A DNA stretch of 64,000 bases, from the NCBI GenBank assembly GCA_015233405.1, contig JADFXT010000004.1, forward strand, positions 36,470 through 100,469. The letters are read 5' to 3'. Position numbers and translations under genes: made by a program. Below the pieces are notes generated by a model, which was not told where the DNA came from, made no database searches, and saw only the letters and a program-made list of their open reading frames with translations. Positions 36,613 to 46,365 of the stretch are shown piece after piece (within the stretch, counting starts at the first letter, position 1; the number at the start of each line of letters is the position of its first letter). The stretch is from Candidatus Omnitrophota bacterium. Its GTDB lineage: Bacteria > Omnitrophota > Gorgyraeia > Zapsychrales > Zapsychraceae.

Positions 36613-38471
36613 TATTTATTTTGCCCTCCCTTGAGCATTAAAGGATTATATTCTTTAATGGCCATGATCATGTAGGCTGTACCGGCGATCGAACACGTGC
36701 TTGTGCCATGCGGAGTACGCCAGCCATGGCCGGTATCCACATCTTCCAATGTGGCATAAGGCAAGCATCCTTCCCCTTGCCCTCTCGGCGACGGGCTTGA
36801 AATAATAAGTTTATTTAATTCATTTAAATATTTATCCGCCTCTTGTTTGTAGTAACCAGTCTTGATCGCATTGATATCCTTGAAATAATCACTCAGCATC
36901 TGATAGGAGACGATCATCTGCGATGTCCACTCCGGCGAGATCAATCCGCCTCGAGCGATATTAATGGACTTCGAAAAATCAAACCCTTCCGCATCGACGA
37001 TAATTCCGCTGGGGCGTTTAAAAGAAATTTTAACACCACAATGTTCTTTGGCAAATTCCATGATCTGTTCGGGATCCATGCCGTTTTCCGAGAGCGTCTT
37101 CGGGCCAAGAGCGGCCAAAGACCAGGCAAACGTATCGGTAGCGACCGTCGAATCTCCCCGACCACGATTCATCGGCGGGGATTGATAATCTTTTGGATGG
37201 GCCACCATGGCATATTTTTGCAGCCAAGAAAATATTTTTTGTTGGGCCAATGTATATTTGGCATTGTGGGTCACCTGTTCAAGCATATGGAAGAAAGCAT
37301 AAGCATCAAGATTATGTTCGGTCGCGAACCATGTCACCGTCGGGCCACCTCTTAATCCGCCGGCAGGGTCCTGGTCCTGAAGGGAAATCAACCAGTCCGC
37401 AATTTTTTCAGCCATAGGAAGATACGTTGAATCCCCTGTCTGAGAAGTATACTGCAAAATAGCCAGGCCGAGCCAAATGTTCGGCCCGCAGTGCACGGTA
37501 AATTCCGCGATCTGCCCGGAATCATAATAGTACCCGTTGGTAAAACCTTGAAACGGACCACTCAGAGTCCGGCTGTAGAAATTCAGAATATCTCGTGCAG
37601 CTTTCTCGTCGTGAAACAGAAGAAAAACATTGACCCCCAGCGCCTCGTCGTAGGTGAACGCCCAGTCTTTAACAATCTTCACCTCGCCTTCGAAGCTTTG
37701 GATAAGCCCCGTCGATGGGCTCTGATGGTTCTTAAGCCACAAGTACATTTTCGATAAAACTTTAGCCTGCAGCCCCTCTTTCTGACGAGTTAAGATCGCG
37801 ACCCGGTCCGTGATCTGCCGCTCTTCATCCAGCAAAGTTCCATATTGCGTCTCAAGTGTTTGACGGTCTAAAGCATTCTCAACGGATTTATCAATCTTAT
37901 CTTTAAGGGCCTTCTTCTGCTGAGTAACTTTTTTTAAAGACTGATTTTCCTGACTATACTGCTCTTCGAGGCTGACCAGTTGATGGACCAGCACCTGGTT
38001 GGCGGAGCGAAGTTTATAATTATGAAAAAGGCTCACGGAAAAAGCGAGCAACAAGACCGCGGCGAGCATCACCGCCGATTGGAATGAAAATCTCAACCAG
38101 CGGGCGTAGCCGACGATCCGATGGACATCCTTAGCCGCAATTTCAGAAAATTTTAATCCGATCTGAAACCTTAAATGCGTATCATCTTCTGTTTTTTGGA
38201 TCCAGGCCACCTGGGCCTTGGCTTTGATCGGCGGGCGGGATAACGGCAGATGCAAATGGACATCGAGCAAAACCTTTTGATGAACGATCGCCTCTAAAGT
38301 CTCCTGATCCACATCGGATGTTTCCAGGCAAATACCACCCTGGGAAACGTTGGCCGTATAACCCTGGTGCCAGGAATTCCCCGCCGAAGACACAACAGAA
38401 AAATCGACGGGAAAAACACTTTTGAGTCGAATATATTGCCGCTTTTCGTGGATATATTCTTTATTGGCCAT
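36612..38471 (-). CDS. PilZ - TM - coiled-coil - (alpha/alpha)-toroid-like domain fusion protein
   Basis: 619 aa. N-terminal PilZ (RQYIR, NVSQGG), one TM ([17 protein letters not shown]), about 100 aa of coiled coil, then about 370 aa with W/G/Y-rich helical-hairpin repeats ([13 protein letters not shown]..., [29 protein letters not shown]) resembling glycoside-hydrolase or terpenoid-cyclase-type toroids. Confidence 0.7.
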
Positions 38472-38515
38472 AGACGTTATTCTTGTCTGGGATTATCCTG
38501 CTATAGGATTTAAGA

Positions 38516-38887
38516 TTATTTTTCTTCAAGGGAACCGAAATATTCTTGGAACCGTTTATCTTCTCTTAAATGTTTCAAATCCTCATCCTTAAGAAGATAA
38601 TCGAAATCCTCATACCCCAGCTCAATGGCGTTCTTAATCGCATCGAAAGATTTGTCGATCTGTTGTAAAAGCGAATAACTGCAGGCGAGGTTATAGAAAA
38701 CGATGGCGTCGTCGGGCCTTAAGGAAGACAGCTTGATATCGACGTCAAGCCCTTCCTGATATAACCCTTTTTTCGTGTAGAGATCCCCGATCGCGATCAG
38801 GGCGTCGACAAAGTCCGGGTTCTTTTTCAGTAGCCCCTCATAAAAGGCGATCTCAAAATCCTGGTCATTTTCTAAAGGTTCTGTCAT
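38516..38887 (-). CDS. TPR-repeat protein
   Basis: 123 aa with TPR-like helical hairpins (FVDALIAIGDLYTKKGLYQEGLDV..., AIVFYNLACSYSLLQQIDKSFDAIKNAIELG). Confidence 0.75.
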   Translation of the reverse strand: MTEPLENDQDFEIAFYEGLLKKNPDFVDALIAIGDLYTKKGLYQEGLDVDIKLSSLRPDDAIVFYNLACSYSLLQQIDKSFDAIKNAIELGYEDFDYLLKDEDLKHLREDKRFQEYFGSLEEK

Positions 38888-40044
38888 TATTTTCCTTTTA
38901 AATAATCTGTGATGCGCGCTACAGCTTCTTTGAGATCCTCATAGCTCGACGCATAAGAAATCCGCACCTGCGTATCCCACGACGGACCGAAAGCGACCCC
39001 GGGGACCAGAGCCACTTTTTTCTTCATCAAAAGATTCTTGGAAAAATCCATGGATCTTTCCTTAAATCGTTTTATCGATGGAAAAACATAAAACGCACCC
39101 TGCGGCATATGGCAATCAAGACCGATTTCATTGAGCGCCCCGACGATATAATTACGCCTACGGTGATATTCCCTTTTCATCATCTGCACATCTTTAAAGC
39201 CGCTCTTTAAAGCTTCCTCGGCGGCCATCTGGCCCGTAATGGACGCACAGAGCATCGTATATTGATGAATTTTCGTCATAGCGGCGATGATTTTCTTAGG
39301 ACCACAAACCCAACCAATTCGAAACCCGGTCATGGCATAAGCCTTAGATGCTCCGTTAAGATAAATAACACGGTCTTTCATCCCCGGCAAAGAAGCCAGT
39401 GGCGTATGGTCAAAGTCATACGTGAGCTCGTCGTAAACCTCATCGCTTAAGACCAAAAGGTCATATTTCTGAATCACACGGGCAAGAGCCTTCAGCTCCT
39501 CTTTTGTATAAGAAGCACCCGTCGGATTACAAGGATAGTTAAGCATCAAAGCCTTGGTCCCTTTGACATAAGACTTTTTAATATCTTCGGGCGTGACTTT
39601 AAAACCGTTTGCGATATCCGTCTTAAGCGATACGGGCTCTCCTGAAGCCAACGAAACGACCGGGCCGTACGAAACATAACACGGGTCAGGAATAAGCACT
39701 TTGTCCCCGGGATTTAAAATCGCGCGGGCCGCCAAATCCAAGCCTTCGCTGACGCCGACGGTAATCAAAATTTCTTCATTGTAATCGTAGGACAACTGAT
39801 ATCGTCCCTCGAGAAACGAGGCAACGCGTTTACGCAGCTCCACGGTTCCCTTGTTCGAGGTATACGACGTATATCCCTGCTCCAAAGAATAGATCGCCTT
39901 CTCGCGGATATGCCAGGGGCTGACGAAATCCGGCTCACCGACGCCTAAAGAAATGACGTCTTTCATCCCTAAGACCAGGTCAAAAAAGACCCGTATCCCC
40001 GACGGAGGCATTTGTTCCACAATTTTTGAGATCGTATAATCCAT
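38887..40044 (-). CDS. Class I/II PLP-dependent aminotransferase (aspartate/alanine aminotransferase-like)
   Basis: 385 aa. NPCNPTG, SDEVY and the PLP-lysine region NGASKAYAMTGFRIG. Confidence 0.9.
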   Translation of the reverse strand: MDYTISKIVEQMPPSGIRVFFDLVLGMKDVISLGVGEPDFVSPWHIREKAIYSLEQGYTSYTSNKGTVELRKRVASFLEGRYQLSYDYNEEILITVGVSEGLDLAARAILNPGDKVLIPDPCYVSYGPVVSLASGEPVSLKTDIANGFKVTPEDIKKSYVKGTKALMLNYPCNPTGASYTKEELKALARVIQKYDLLVLSDEVYDELTYDFDHTPLASLPGMKDRVIYLNGASKAYAMTGFRIGWVCGPKKIIAAMTKIHQYTMLCASITGQMAAEEALKSGFKDVQMMKREYHRRRNYIVGALNEIGLDCHMPQGAFYVFPSIKRFKERSMDFSKNLLMKKKVALVPGVAFGPSWDTQVRISYASSYEDLKEAVARITDYLKGK

Positions 40045-40052
40045 ATTCAGTT

Positions 40053-40538
40053 TTAGATCGAAATATTTAACCTTTTAATTTCTTTCTTCTTCTTTAAGAC
40101 CTGTCCATCTTCTTTGTATTTCTTTAACAGAAAATGCGTGGCCGTGCCGCGGACGTTCTCCATCGGCGAAAGCTTGGAAGCAATAAAATTGGAAACGGTT
40201 TGAATGTTCTCTCCCTCGACCACGAGAAGCAGATCATACGTTCCCGAGACCAGATAACAGCTGGTGACTTCCTCAAAGCTATAGATCCGCTCGGCAATAT
40301 GATCAAACCCCACATCTTTCTGGGGTGTAATGCTGACCTCGATCAACGCCCGGACAAAAGAACCGGGTTCATTGGTTAAATCACGGTTAATCAAAGTTTT
40401 ATATTTGATAATGACGCCCTCTTTTTCATAACTCTTGATCGCCTTCTTGACCTCATCGACACTCTTACCCGTCATCTTGGATATTTCCTGGGGCGTGACC
40501 CGTGCATCATTGGATAAAATTTCTAATATATCGTCCAT
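40053..40538 (-). CDS. Lrp/AsnC-family transcriptional regulator
   Basis: 161 aa. N-terminal HTH (ILEILSNDARVTPQEISKMTGKSVDEVKKAIKSYEKEGVI) plus an RAM/AsnC_trans_reg domain. Confidence 0.9.
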   Translation of the reverse strand: MDDILEILSNDARVTPQEISKMTGKSVDEVKKAIKSYEKEGVIIKYKTLINRDLTNEPGSFVRALIEVSITPQKDVGFDHIAERIYSFEEVTSCYLVSGTYDLLLVVEGENIQTVSNFIASKLSPMENVRGTATHFLLKKYKEDGQVLKKKKEIKRLNISI

Positions 40539-40635
40539 GTCTTGCTCCTTTGTTGGCTATTACGCTGCTTATTTTTCCAGGACCTTGGGGCCCATCAGAT
40601 TGTCTTTCCATCCAGAAGAGAAAAAAACGGCAGGA

Positions 40636-41703
40636 TTATTGGGCGCTGGAATCATCAGCTTTCTTTTTTAAGTCTTCCACTTCTTTACGCAGAGCTTGAT
40701 TCTTTTTGTCGGCCTCAACGATTTTCCCCATAAGTTCTTTCTGTTGATTGCGAAAAAAGACCGTACCGTCCACAATTTTATCCAAGCTTGCATATTTTGT
40801 ATTTAATTCATCAGTAATGCTTCCTAATTTTTGTTTAAGATCATTCTGCGGCTTAAAAATATTTTCAAACTCTTTGTCTGAAAGGGCCTGCTTCTTTTCT
40901 AAAAGAACAGTTTCCTGGTCGGCCAAAGTCTTTTGGCGCGCCAATCCCTGGGATTGCTGCTTAAGATGATCATTATCGCCGCGAACCTCCTCGATCTTGT
41001 CTTGAGCATATGTACCATCCTGCTCGGCTGCAAGGATCGCCTCGTTTAAGTCCCTTTCCTTTTCTAAATTCGAACGCAATTTTGTTCTTAACGATTCAAC
41101 ATCGCCTTCATCCTTACGGTTCTTTGCGTCCACCTCAAAAGCTTTTTGCTTTGCCCCTAAAGCCAATTCCTCTTGTTGATATCTTAAGTCCGACAACTGC
41201 ATTTTTAATAACCGATCTTTTTCATCCATGTCGAGCAATTGGCCTTTAAGATAAATCTGCCGGCTTTTTTTAATCATCAGTTCATTCTCAAATTTTTCTG
41301 CTTCGCTTAACAATGGATTTTTTTTAGCAACCTCGGCCTTAAAACGCTTTGCCATACCCTGCGCTTTCTTTATTTCAGACTGATATTGCAAAATCGCCTG
41401 CTGTTTGTGCATATACGCAGACTCAAACACTTGATATTGCTTTTGAAGGCGCTGGTTCTCCTCGGTCAAAGAATAAAGTTTCTGATTCAATTCCTCGACC
41501 ACTTGAGGATTAGGCGCGGGCGCGGCAATGGAACTTTCTGTCGCCTCTAAAGCCTGATTGACCGCGTCCATTTTAGACTCGGAAAAAGCTGAAGGCGCAA
41601 AAAGACAAAGGGAAATGATTCCCAAAATACTTATTGCAATAATTCTATTCATATTAATTGTATTGTACTTATTCTTATCCTCTACGGCAAGGGTAAAAAT
41701 CAA
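40636..41703 (-). CDS. Secreted/periplasmic long coiled-coil protein
   Basis: 355 aa with a signal-like segment (IIAISILGIISLCLFAPSAFS). The remainder is Q/K/E/L-rich heptad sequence. Confidence 0.7.
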   Translation of the reverse strand: MIFTLAVEDKNKYNTINMNRIIAISILGIISLCLFAPSAFSESKMDAVNQALEATESSIAAPAPNPQVVEELNQKLYSLTEENQRLQKQYQVFESAYMHKQQAILQYQSEIKKAQGMAKRFKAEVAKKNPLLSEAEKFENELMIKKSRQIYLKGQLLDMDEKDRLLKMQLSDLRYQQEELALGAKQKAFEVDAKNRKDEGDVESLRTKLRSNLEKERDLNEAILAAEQDGTYAQDKIEEVRGDNDHLKQQSQGLARQKTLADQETVLLEKKQALSDKEFENIFKPQNDLKQKLGSITDELNTKYASLDKIVDGTVFFRNQQKELMGKIVEADKKNQALRKEVEDLKKKADDSSAQ

Positions 41704-41714
41704 TTTATTGCCTT

Positions 41715-42677
41715 TTACAGGAGCCGCGGATTCTTTTCTCTTTCCTTCACCGAATACATGGGAGATAGGACCGCTGGACGAAAGGACATTTTGGTCACGC
41801 GGGCATTCTCCAATCCGAAATCATCCATGGCATTTAAAAACTTGTACGTTTGAAGCCGTTGATCTTTGGCAAAATTTCTGAAGATAAAAACCGGAAGCCC
41901 CTTATAGGAGAGATCCGCGATCTCAAAAAGGATACAAAAAACATCCGGATTGATCTCATAGCCAACACTGTAAGCCTTGATCGCGCCATCAACCTCAACC
42001 ACCAAGCCAAGCACATTGAGCTCTTTGGCATGCTTTAAAACAGTTTCATGAACCCGCCTGCTATCTTCAAGCATCTGCTGATAAACCACCTCTAAGTTCA
42101 AGGCTTTTCGCTGGCAAGCCCAATGATCATAAAGCGTCAGGCATTCTTCAATCATCGCAGGACTAAACGGTGAAATTTTTGCCACATAAGTGTTGGTGAA
42201 AAAATTATAATCCGAACGCTTGGACTTAAAATCATTACCTTTAAGCTGTACAATATCGTTCTTAAAATAAATATACTCGTACCCTTTGTGGTAGGATGCA
42301 TATTTCTCGTCGGGAAAAAGAGAAATGCTCTTTGGGCTGACGTTTTCGATGCGCGCGACACGGCTTCGGCCGTTGACGGCGCGCATATGTTCAAAACACG
42401 CCGCAATAGTTTTCGACGTCACCGTCTCGCCTAAGGGCGGCAAATACATAAACGTCCCAGAGACGTCTTTGGCAAAAATGCAAAGAGCGTCATCGATCAC
42501 TTTAAGATCAAAAGAAAAAAAATCCTTCCACGCAAAAAGATTAACGAAGGAAAACGGCGACAAGCACTCGTGGTTTTTCTTTAGATAATGTTGGATGAGG
42601 TCGGATTTTTCTAAAAGGTCTTCGGGCATGGTAAAAAAACTAGGCGGCTCCCAGGACGAACATTTCTTCGATTTCAT
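41715..42677 (-). CDS. DUF2156-family protein (MprF C-terminal, aminoacyl-tRNA-dependent transferase fold)
   Basis: 320 aa. FSFVNLFAWKDFF..., a tandem GNAT-like layout, and C-terminal YKFLNAMDDFGLENARVTKMSFRP fit stand-alone DUF2156 proteins. An alternative start at 42629 would remove the 38-nt overlap with the upstream gene. Confidence 0.7.
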   Translation of the reverse strand: MKSKKCSSWEPPSFFTMPEDLLEKSDLIQHYLKKNHECLSPFSFVNLFAWKDFFSFDLKVIDDALCIFAKDVSGTFMYLPPLGETVTSKTIAACFEHMRAVNGRSRVARIENVSPKSISLFPDEKYASYHKGYEYIYFKNDIVQLKGNDFKSKRSDYNFFTNTYVAKISPFSPAMIEECLTLYDHWACQRKALNLEVVYQQMLEDSRRVHETVLKHAKELNVLGLVVEVDGAIKAYSVGYEINPDVFCILFEIADLSYKGLPVFIFRNFAKDQRLQTYKFLNAMDDFGLENARVTKMSFRPAVLSPMYSVKEREKNPRLL

Positions 42678-43164
42678 CTTGATACGCCGTATAATCTTCG
42701 ATTAAGTAGCTATTTTTTTTAAAAAACTCCAAGGCGTGATGCTTCTCAAAATATTTCTCTAGCGCGTTCTTGTAGACGTCAAAATCTTTTGTATAACGTT
42801 TTTCTTGAATATACGGACAGGCCAAATGGACGCTGATAAAAACTTTCTTACCTTTCCTCTCCACAAGAAAAGGATACAATCGGCATTCAAAAGGGCGCTC
42901 AGTATAAACCATGCATTTATTGAACAAAGAGTCCAGAAACTGGCAATACGCCATGTAACTGATCTCTTTTGTCTTAATGCGCCCGTCGGGATCGATGGAT
43001 TGATAATATGAGGACTTTACGTCTTTATTAAGTGGGCTTAGATTGTTCTCCGCAACCTTAGGGCGCCAGTCATGATCTTGCGCCTGAAACCGGCAGCAGC
43101 CTTCGCATTCCAGGCAAAAATCTTGAGGCACAAATTGAGGCATATCATGGAACAGGCTATGCAT
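42640..43164 (-). CDS. YkgJ-family (UPF0153) cysteine-cluster protein
   Basis: 174 aa with CLECEGCCRF (CxxCxxCC) near the N-terminus plus downstream Cys residues (C..C.Y..RP.ECR.YPF). Confidence 0.7.
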   Translation of the reverse strand: MHSLFHDMPQFVPQDFCLECEGCCRFQAQDHDWRPKVAENNLSPLNKDVKSSYYQSIDPDGRIKTKEISYMAYCQFLDSLFNKCMVYTERPFECRLYPFLVERKGKKVFISVHLACPYIQEKRYTKDFDVYKNALEKYFEKHHALEFFKKNSYLIEDYTAYQDEIEEMFVLGAA

Positions 43165-43183
43165 AATAAATTTTATCCCAAGC

Positions 43184-43504
43184 TCATTTGACTTTGGTTC
43201 CTAATTTGACGTCTTTTTCCGGCATTAAAACCGCAATGCCATTCTCGTCGGATGCCGCTAAGATCATCCCTTGCGATTCGACGCCGCGGATAACCGCCGG
43301 CTCTAAATTCGCGACAACGACCACACGTTTTCCGATCAGTTGTTCTTTCGTATAAGACTTTCGGATACCGGCGACCAGCTGACGCTGTTCCTCACCGAAA
43401 TCCACTTTGAGAACATAAAGCCTATCCGCATTCGGATGGTCCTCGACCTCTTTGATCTGTGCAATCTTTAATTCAATCTTTAGAAAATCTTCTATCGTCA
43501 CCAT
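43184..43504 (-). CDS. tRNA-binding domain protein (CsaA/Trbp111/MetG-C-like OB fold)
   Basis: 106 aa. FLKIELKIAQIKEVEDHPNADRLYVLKVDFGEE.RQLVAGI...Y..E.LIGK.VVVVANLEPA..RGV.S.GM.LAA. Confidence 0.85.
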   Translation of the reverse strand: MVTIEDFLKIELKIAQIKEVEDHPNADRLYVLKVDFGEEQRQLVAGIRKSYTKEQLIGKRVVVVANLEPAVIRGVESQGMILAASDENGIAVLMPEKDVKLGTKVK

Positions 43505-43608
43505 AAAACGGCCCCTCTCCTTTCTAAAAGAAATATTGTATTAGTACACGTTAGCACACCTGCCCTTTCGGTTCAACCCGAAATTTGAATGAGAATTAAA
43601 TCCCGGCC

Positions 43609-43636
43609 TTGACCTTCTTAGCATTCTCATTATAAT
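43609..43636 (+). promoter_or_regulatory. Candidate sigma70 promoter for pabB
   Basis: TTGACC - 16 nt - TATAAT, about 70 nt upstream of ATG 43708. Confidence 0.45.
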
Positions 43637-43707
43637 GGATAAAACCAATTTAACGGTCATGACCTACACCTCCTTTAAGACAAAGGAGCACCCAGACCCA
43701 AAAAATC

Positions 43708-44811
43708 ATGGCCGCTATTCTCATCCAATTCGAAAAAAAACCACTGCTTTTTACTGACCCTAAGCACATCATCTCTTGCTTCGAGCCGTCAAAGATCCCC
43801 GACGCATTTAAGGACATCGAACAGCTCTTAAAAGACGGATTTTTTGTGGCTGGATTTCTCTCCTATGAAGCCGGATATTGTTTTGAAAAACGTCTTTCCC
43901 AGACGAGAAAATATGCCTTTCCTCTTCTATGGATGGGGGCTTTTAAAAAACCGGATTCCGAGACATTTCATTTGAAAAAATCGGACAACTATCAATTAAG
44001 CGATCTGCACCTAAACATTTCGCCCACACACTACGCATCCAATATTGAAAAAATCCGAAGGCATATTGCTGACGGTAACGTCTATCAGATCACCTACTGC
44101 ATCAAAATGCGATTCACATTTAAAGGCAACCCGCAAGCGCTCTACGTAAAATTACTGCGCGACCAACCCGTTCCTTATCCCGCGTATATCGAGACGGATG
44201 AATTTCAAATCCTGTCCCTTTCTCCGGAACGGTTTATGAAAAAAATCAAAGATCATATTATCACCGAGCCGATGAAAGGGACCTGGCGTCGAGGAAATCA
44301 TCCTTTCTCCGACATGTTGGAATATTTTCAGTTCCAAAACGACGGAAAGAATAGGGCGGAAAATGTCATGATCGCGGATTTGCTTAGAAATGATTTAGGG
44401 CGCATCGGGAAACAGGTCGTAACCCCAAAACTTTTTACGGTGAGCCCTTATAAAACCCTTTTTCAGATGACGTCGACCGTGACCGCTCAGGTGCCTAAAG
44501 ATATTCCTCTTATAACGCTTTTCTCGGCGCTGTTTCCATCGGGTTCCGTCACCGGCGCTCCGAAAATCCGGGCCATGGAAATCATCCGCGACATCGAACA
44601 GGAAGAACGAAACATCTACACCGGAGCCATCGGCTATATGACTCCCACCAAAGATTTTTATTTTAATGTTCCTATCCGGACTTTATTGATCCGCGATCAA
44701 TTGGGAGAAATGGGCATCGGCGGAGGCATTGTGTGGGACTCAACTTCCGACGGGGAATGGAACGAAGGAATGCTCAAAAGCCGGTTTCTCATCAACGCGG
44801 CCTCACGATAA
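43708..44811 (+). CDS. pabB: Aminodeoxychorismate synthase component I (chorismate-binding enzyme, short form)
   Basis: 367 aa. GNVYQITYC, SLSPERF, PMKGT, FPSGSVTGAPKIRAMEII, RNIYTGAIGY, GIGGGIV.DS. PabB versus TrpE cannot be fully resolved by eye. Confidence 0.8.
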   Translation: MAAILIQFEKKPLLFTDPKHIISCFEPSKIPDAFKDIEQLLKDGFFVAGFLSYEAGYCFEKRLSQTRKYAFPLLWMGAFKKPDSETFHLKKSDNYQLSDLHLNISPTHYASNIEKIRRHIADGNVYQITYCIKMRFTFKGNPQALYVKLLRDQPVPYPAYIETDEFQILSLSPERFMKKIKDHIITEPMKGTWRRGNHPFSDMLEYFQFQNDGKNRAENVMIADLLRNDLGRIGKQVVTPKLFTVSPYKTLFQMTSTVTAQVPKDIPLITLFSALFPSGSVTGAPKIRAMEIIRDIEQEERNIYTGAIGYMTPTKDFYFNVPIRTLLIRDQLGEMGIGGGIVWDSTSDGEWNEGMLKSRFLINAASR

Positions 44812-44818
44812 GAAAAAA

Positions 44819-45511
44819 TCAAGAACGGTATTTATTTCGGATGATTTCCCAATACATTGTCCATGCCCGGCCCCACGTGATCTTTTTCCCGTCTTCTTTG
44901 GTCCTAGCGACATAGCGAATGGGAACCTCGACGATGGGGAAGCCTTGTTTAACAAGCTTGGCGGTAATTTCCGTCTCAAAAGAAAAATCTTGCGACGTGA
45001 TTTCGATAGCCTTAAGGACCTCTTTACGGAAGACCTTAAAACATGTGTTGATATCGGTAATTTGAACTTTGTATAAAAGACTAAACGTCCAGCAGGAAAT
45101 CAGGTTCGCCAAACGATTGATCCACTCCATTCTTTCAATGTCCCCTTTAAACCGGGAACCATAAACAACCCGGGCATTGTCCTTTAAGATCGGCGATAAC
45201 AGAACCTCGTAATTCTCTGGGCTATATTCCATATCCGCATCCTGGATCAACAGAATATCTCCCGAGGCTTTTTCAAAGCCATATTTCACAGCAGCGGTCT
45301 TCCCTTGATTTTGTTTAAAATGAAATATCCGAATCTGCGGGTCTCCCTCGAACGCCTTTAAAATATTATCGGTCTGGTCTTTGGACCCGTCATTGATGAT
45401 CACAATTTCTTTTTCCAGTGGACTGGGAAGATGGACAGATTTAACGGCTTGGATCAAGGCTTCAAGCGTTCGTTCTTCATTGTAAACAGGAATGATGATG
45501 GATAATAGCAT
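44819..45511 (-). CDS. Family 2 glycosyltransferase (polyprenyl-phosphate sugar synthase-like)
   Basis: 230 aa. LSIIIPVYNEE, VIINDGSKDQT, IQDADMEY (DxD). Confidence 0.9.
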   Translation of the reverse strand: MLLSIIIPVYNEERTLEALIQAVKSVHLPSPLEKEIVIINDGSKDQTDNILKAFEGDPQIRIFHFKQNQGKTAAVKYGFEKASGDILLIQDADMEYSPENYEVLLSPILKDNARVVYGSRFKGDIERMEWINRLANLISCWTFSLLYKVQITDINTCFKVFRKEVLKAIEITSQDFSFETEITAKLVKQGFPIVEVPIRYVARTKEDGKKITWGRAWTMYWEIIRNKYRS

Positions 45512-45540
45512 GATGAGGTTTCTAGGACGGGTAATGAAAA

Positions 45541-45615
45541 CGGGCTCGACGCGATTCGAACGCGCGATCTTCAGCGTGACAAGCTGACATGTTAACCAGA
45601 CTACACCACGAGCCC
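45541..45615 (-). tRNA. tRNA-Asp (anticodon GTC)
   Basis: The reverse complement GGGCTCGTGGTGTAGTCTGGTTAACATGTCAGCTTGTCACGCTGAAGATCGCGCGTTCGAATCGCGTCGAGCCCG folds as a cloverleaf. Acceptor GGGCTCG/CGAGCCC, anticodon stem TCAGC/GCTGA, loop TTGTCAC, T-loop TTCGAAT. No encoded CCA. Confidence 0.95.
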
Positions 45616-45681
45616 AAAAACCTGAAATTGGATATTAAGTCTAATATTGAAAAAGCAATTTGTAAAGAAAAATCTCTTTTG

Positions 45682-46356
45682 TTAACGTTTAATTCTTCCT
45701 AATAGCCTCAGCAATCCATCGAGAATAGTTAACGGATGCGGCGGACATCCCGGGATGTACAGATCCACCGGAACAATGGTTTCAAGGCCTTTCGAGGCTT
45801 CCGGACTCTCAGCAAAAAGGCCGCCGGAAATCGCACACGCACCGGAAGCAATCACGATCTTAGGCTCCGGCATGGCCTCGTACGTTTTTAAAAGCGCCTC
45901 TCGCATATTACGCACAATAGGACCAGTCACGATCATTCCGTCGGCATGCCGAGGAGAAGCGACAAACTGAATACCAAAACGGCTTAGATCAAAAACCACG
46001 GTATTAAGAACATTTAAATCCGCTTCACAGGCATTGCATCCGCCAGCGGAAACTTGCCGAAGTTTAAGCGACCGGCCGAACAATTGACGCATTTGATCGT
46101 TTAGCGCGCAAGCCAGGACTGTTTCGTTATTTTTTAGAACAAGGTCCCTGCGCTTTGCAGCGCTTAAGCGAAAATCGTTACTATATTGTATTCCATCGTC
46201 GGGAGCAAAGGTTATCTGGCCCAAATCTAAGGGACTGCCTTGACCCGCTATCATGGGCCGTCCACGATACCTCGACGGAAGCATCGGAGACTTTCCTCGC
46301 GAAAAAGAGATTGTCTTACAACCTTGTTTAAAGCGATTTATCAGGATATTAAGCAT
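45682..46356 (-). CDS. ehrS: Ehr-type complex small subunit (NuoB / HycG / EchC homologue)
   Basis: 224 aa. Retains the four [4Fe-4S] ligands: GGCNACE (CxxC), ASGACAISGG and YIPGCPPHP. Has an N-terminal extension of about 90 aa. Confidence 0.85.
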   Translation of the reverse strand: MLNILINRFKQGCKTISFSRGKSPMLPSRYRGRPMIAGQGSPLDLGQITFAPDDGIQYSNDFRLSAAKRRDLVLKNNETVLACALNDQMRQLFGRSLKLRQVSAGGCNACEADLNVLNTVVFDLSRFGIQFVASPRHADGMIVTGPIVRNMREALLKTYEAMPEPKIVIASGACAISGGLFAESPEASKGLETIVPVDLYIPGCPPHPLTILDGLLRLLGRIKR

Positions 46357-46365
46357 ATCAGCTTT

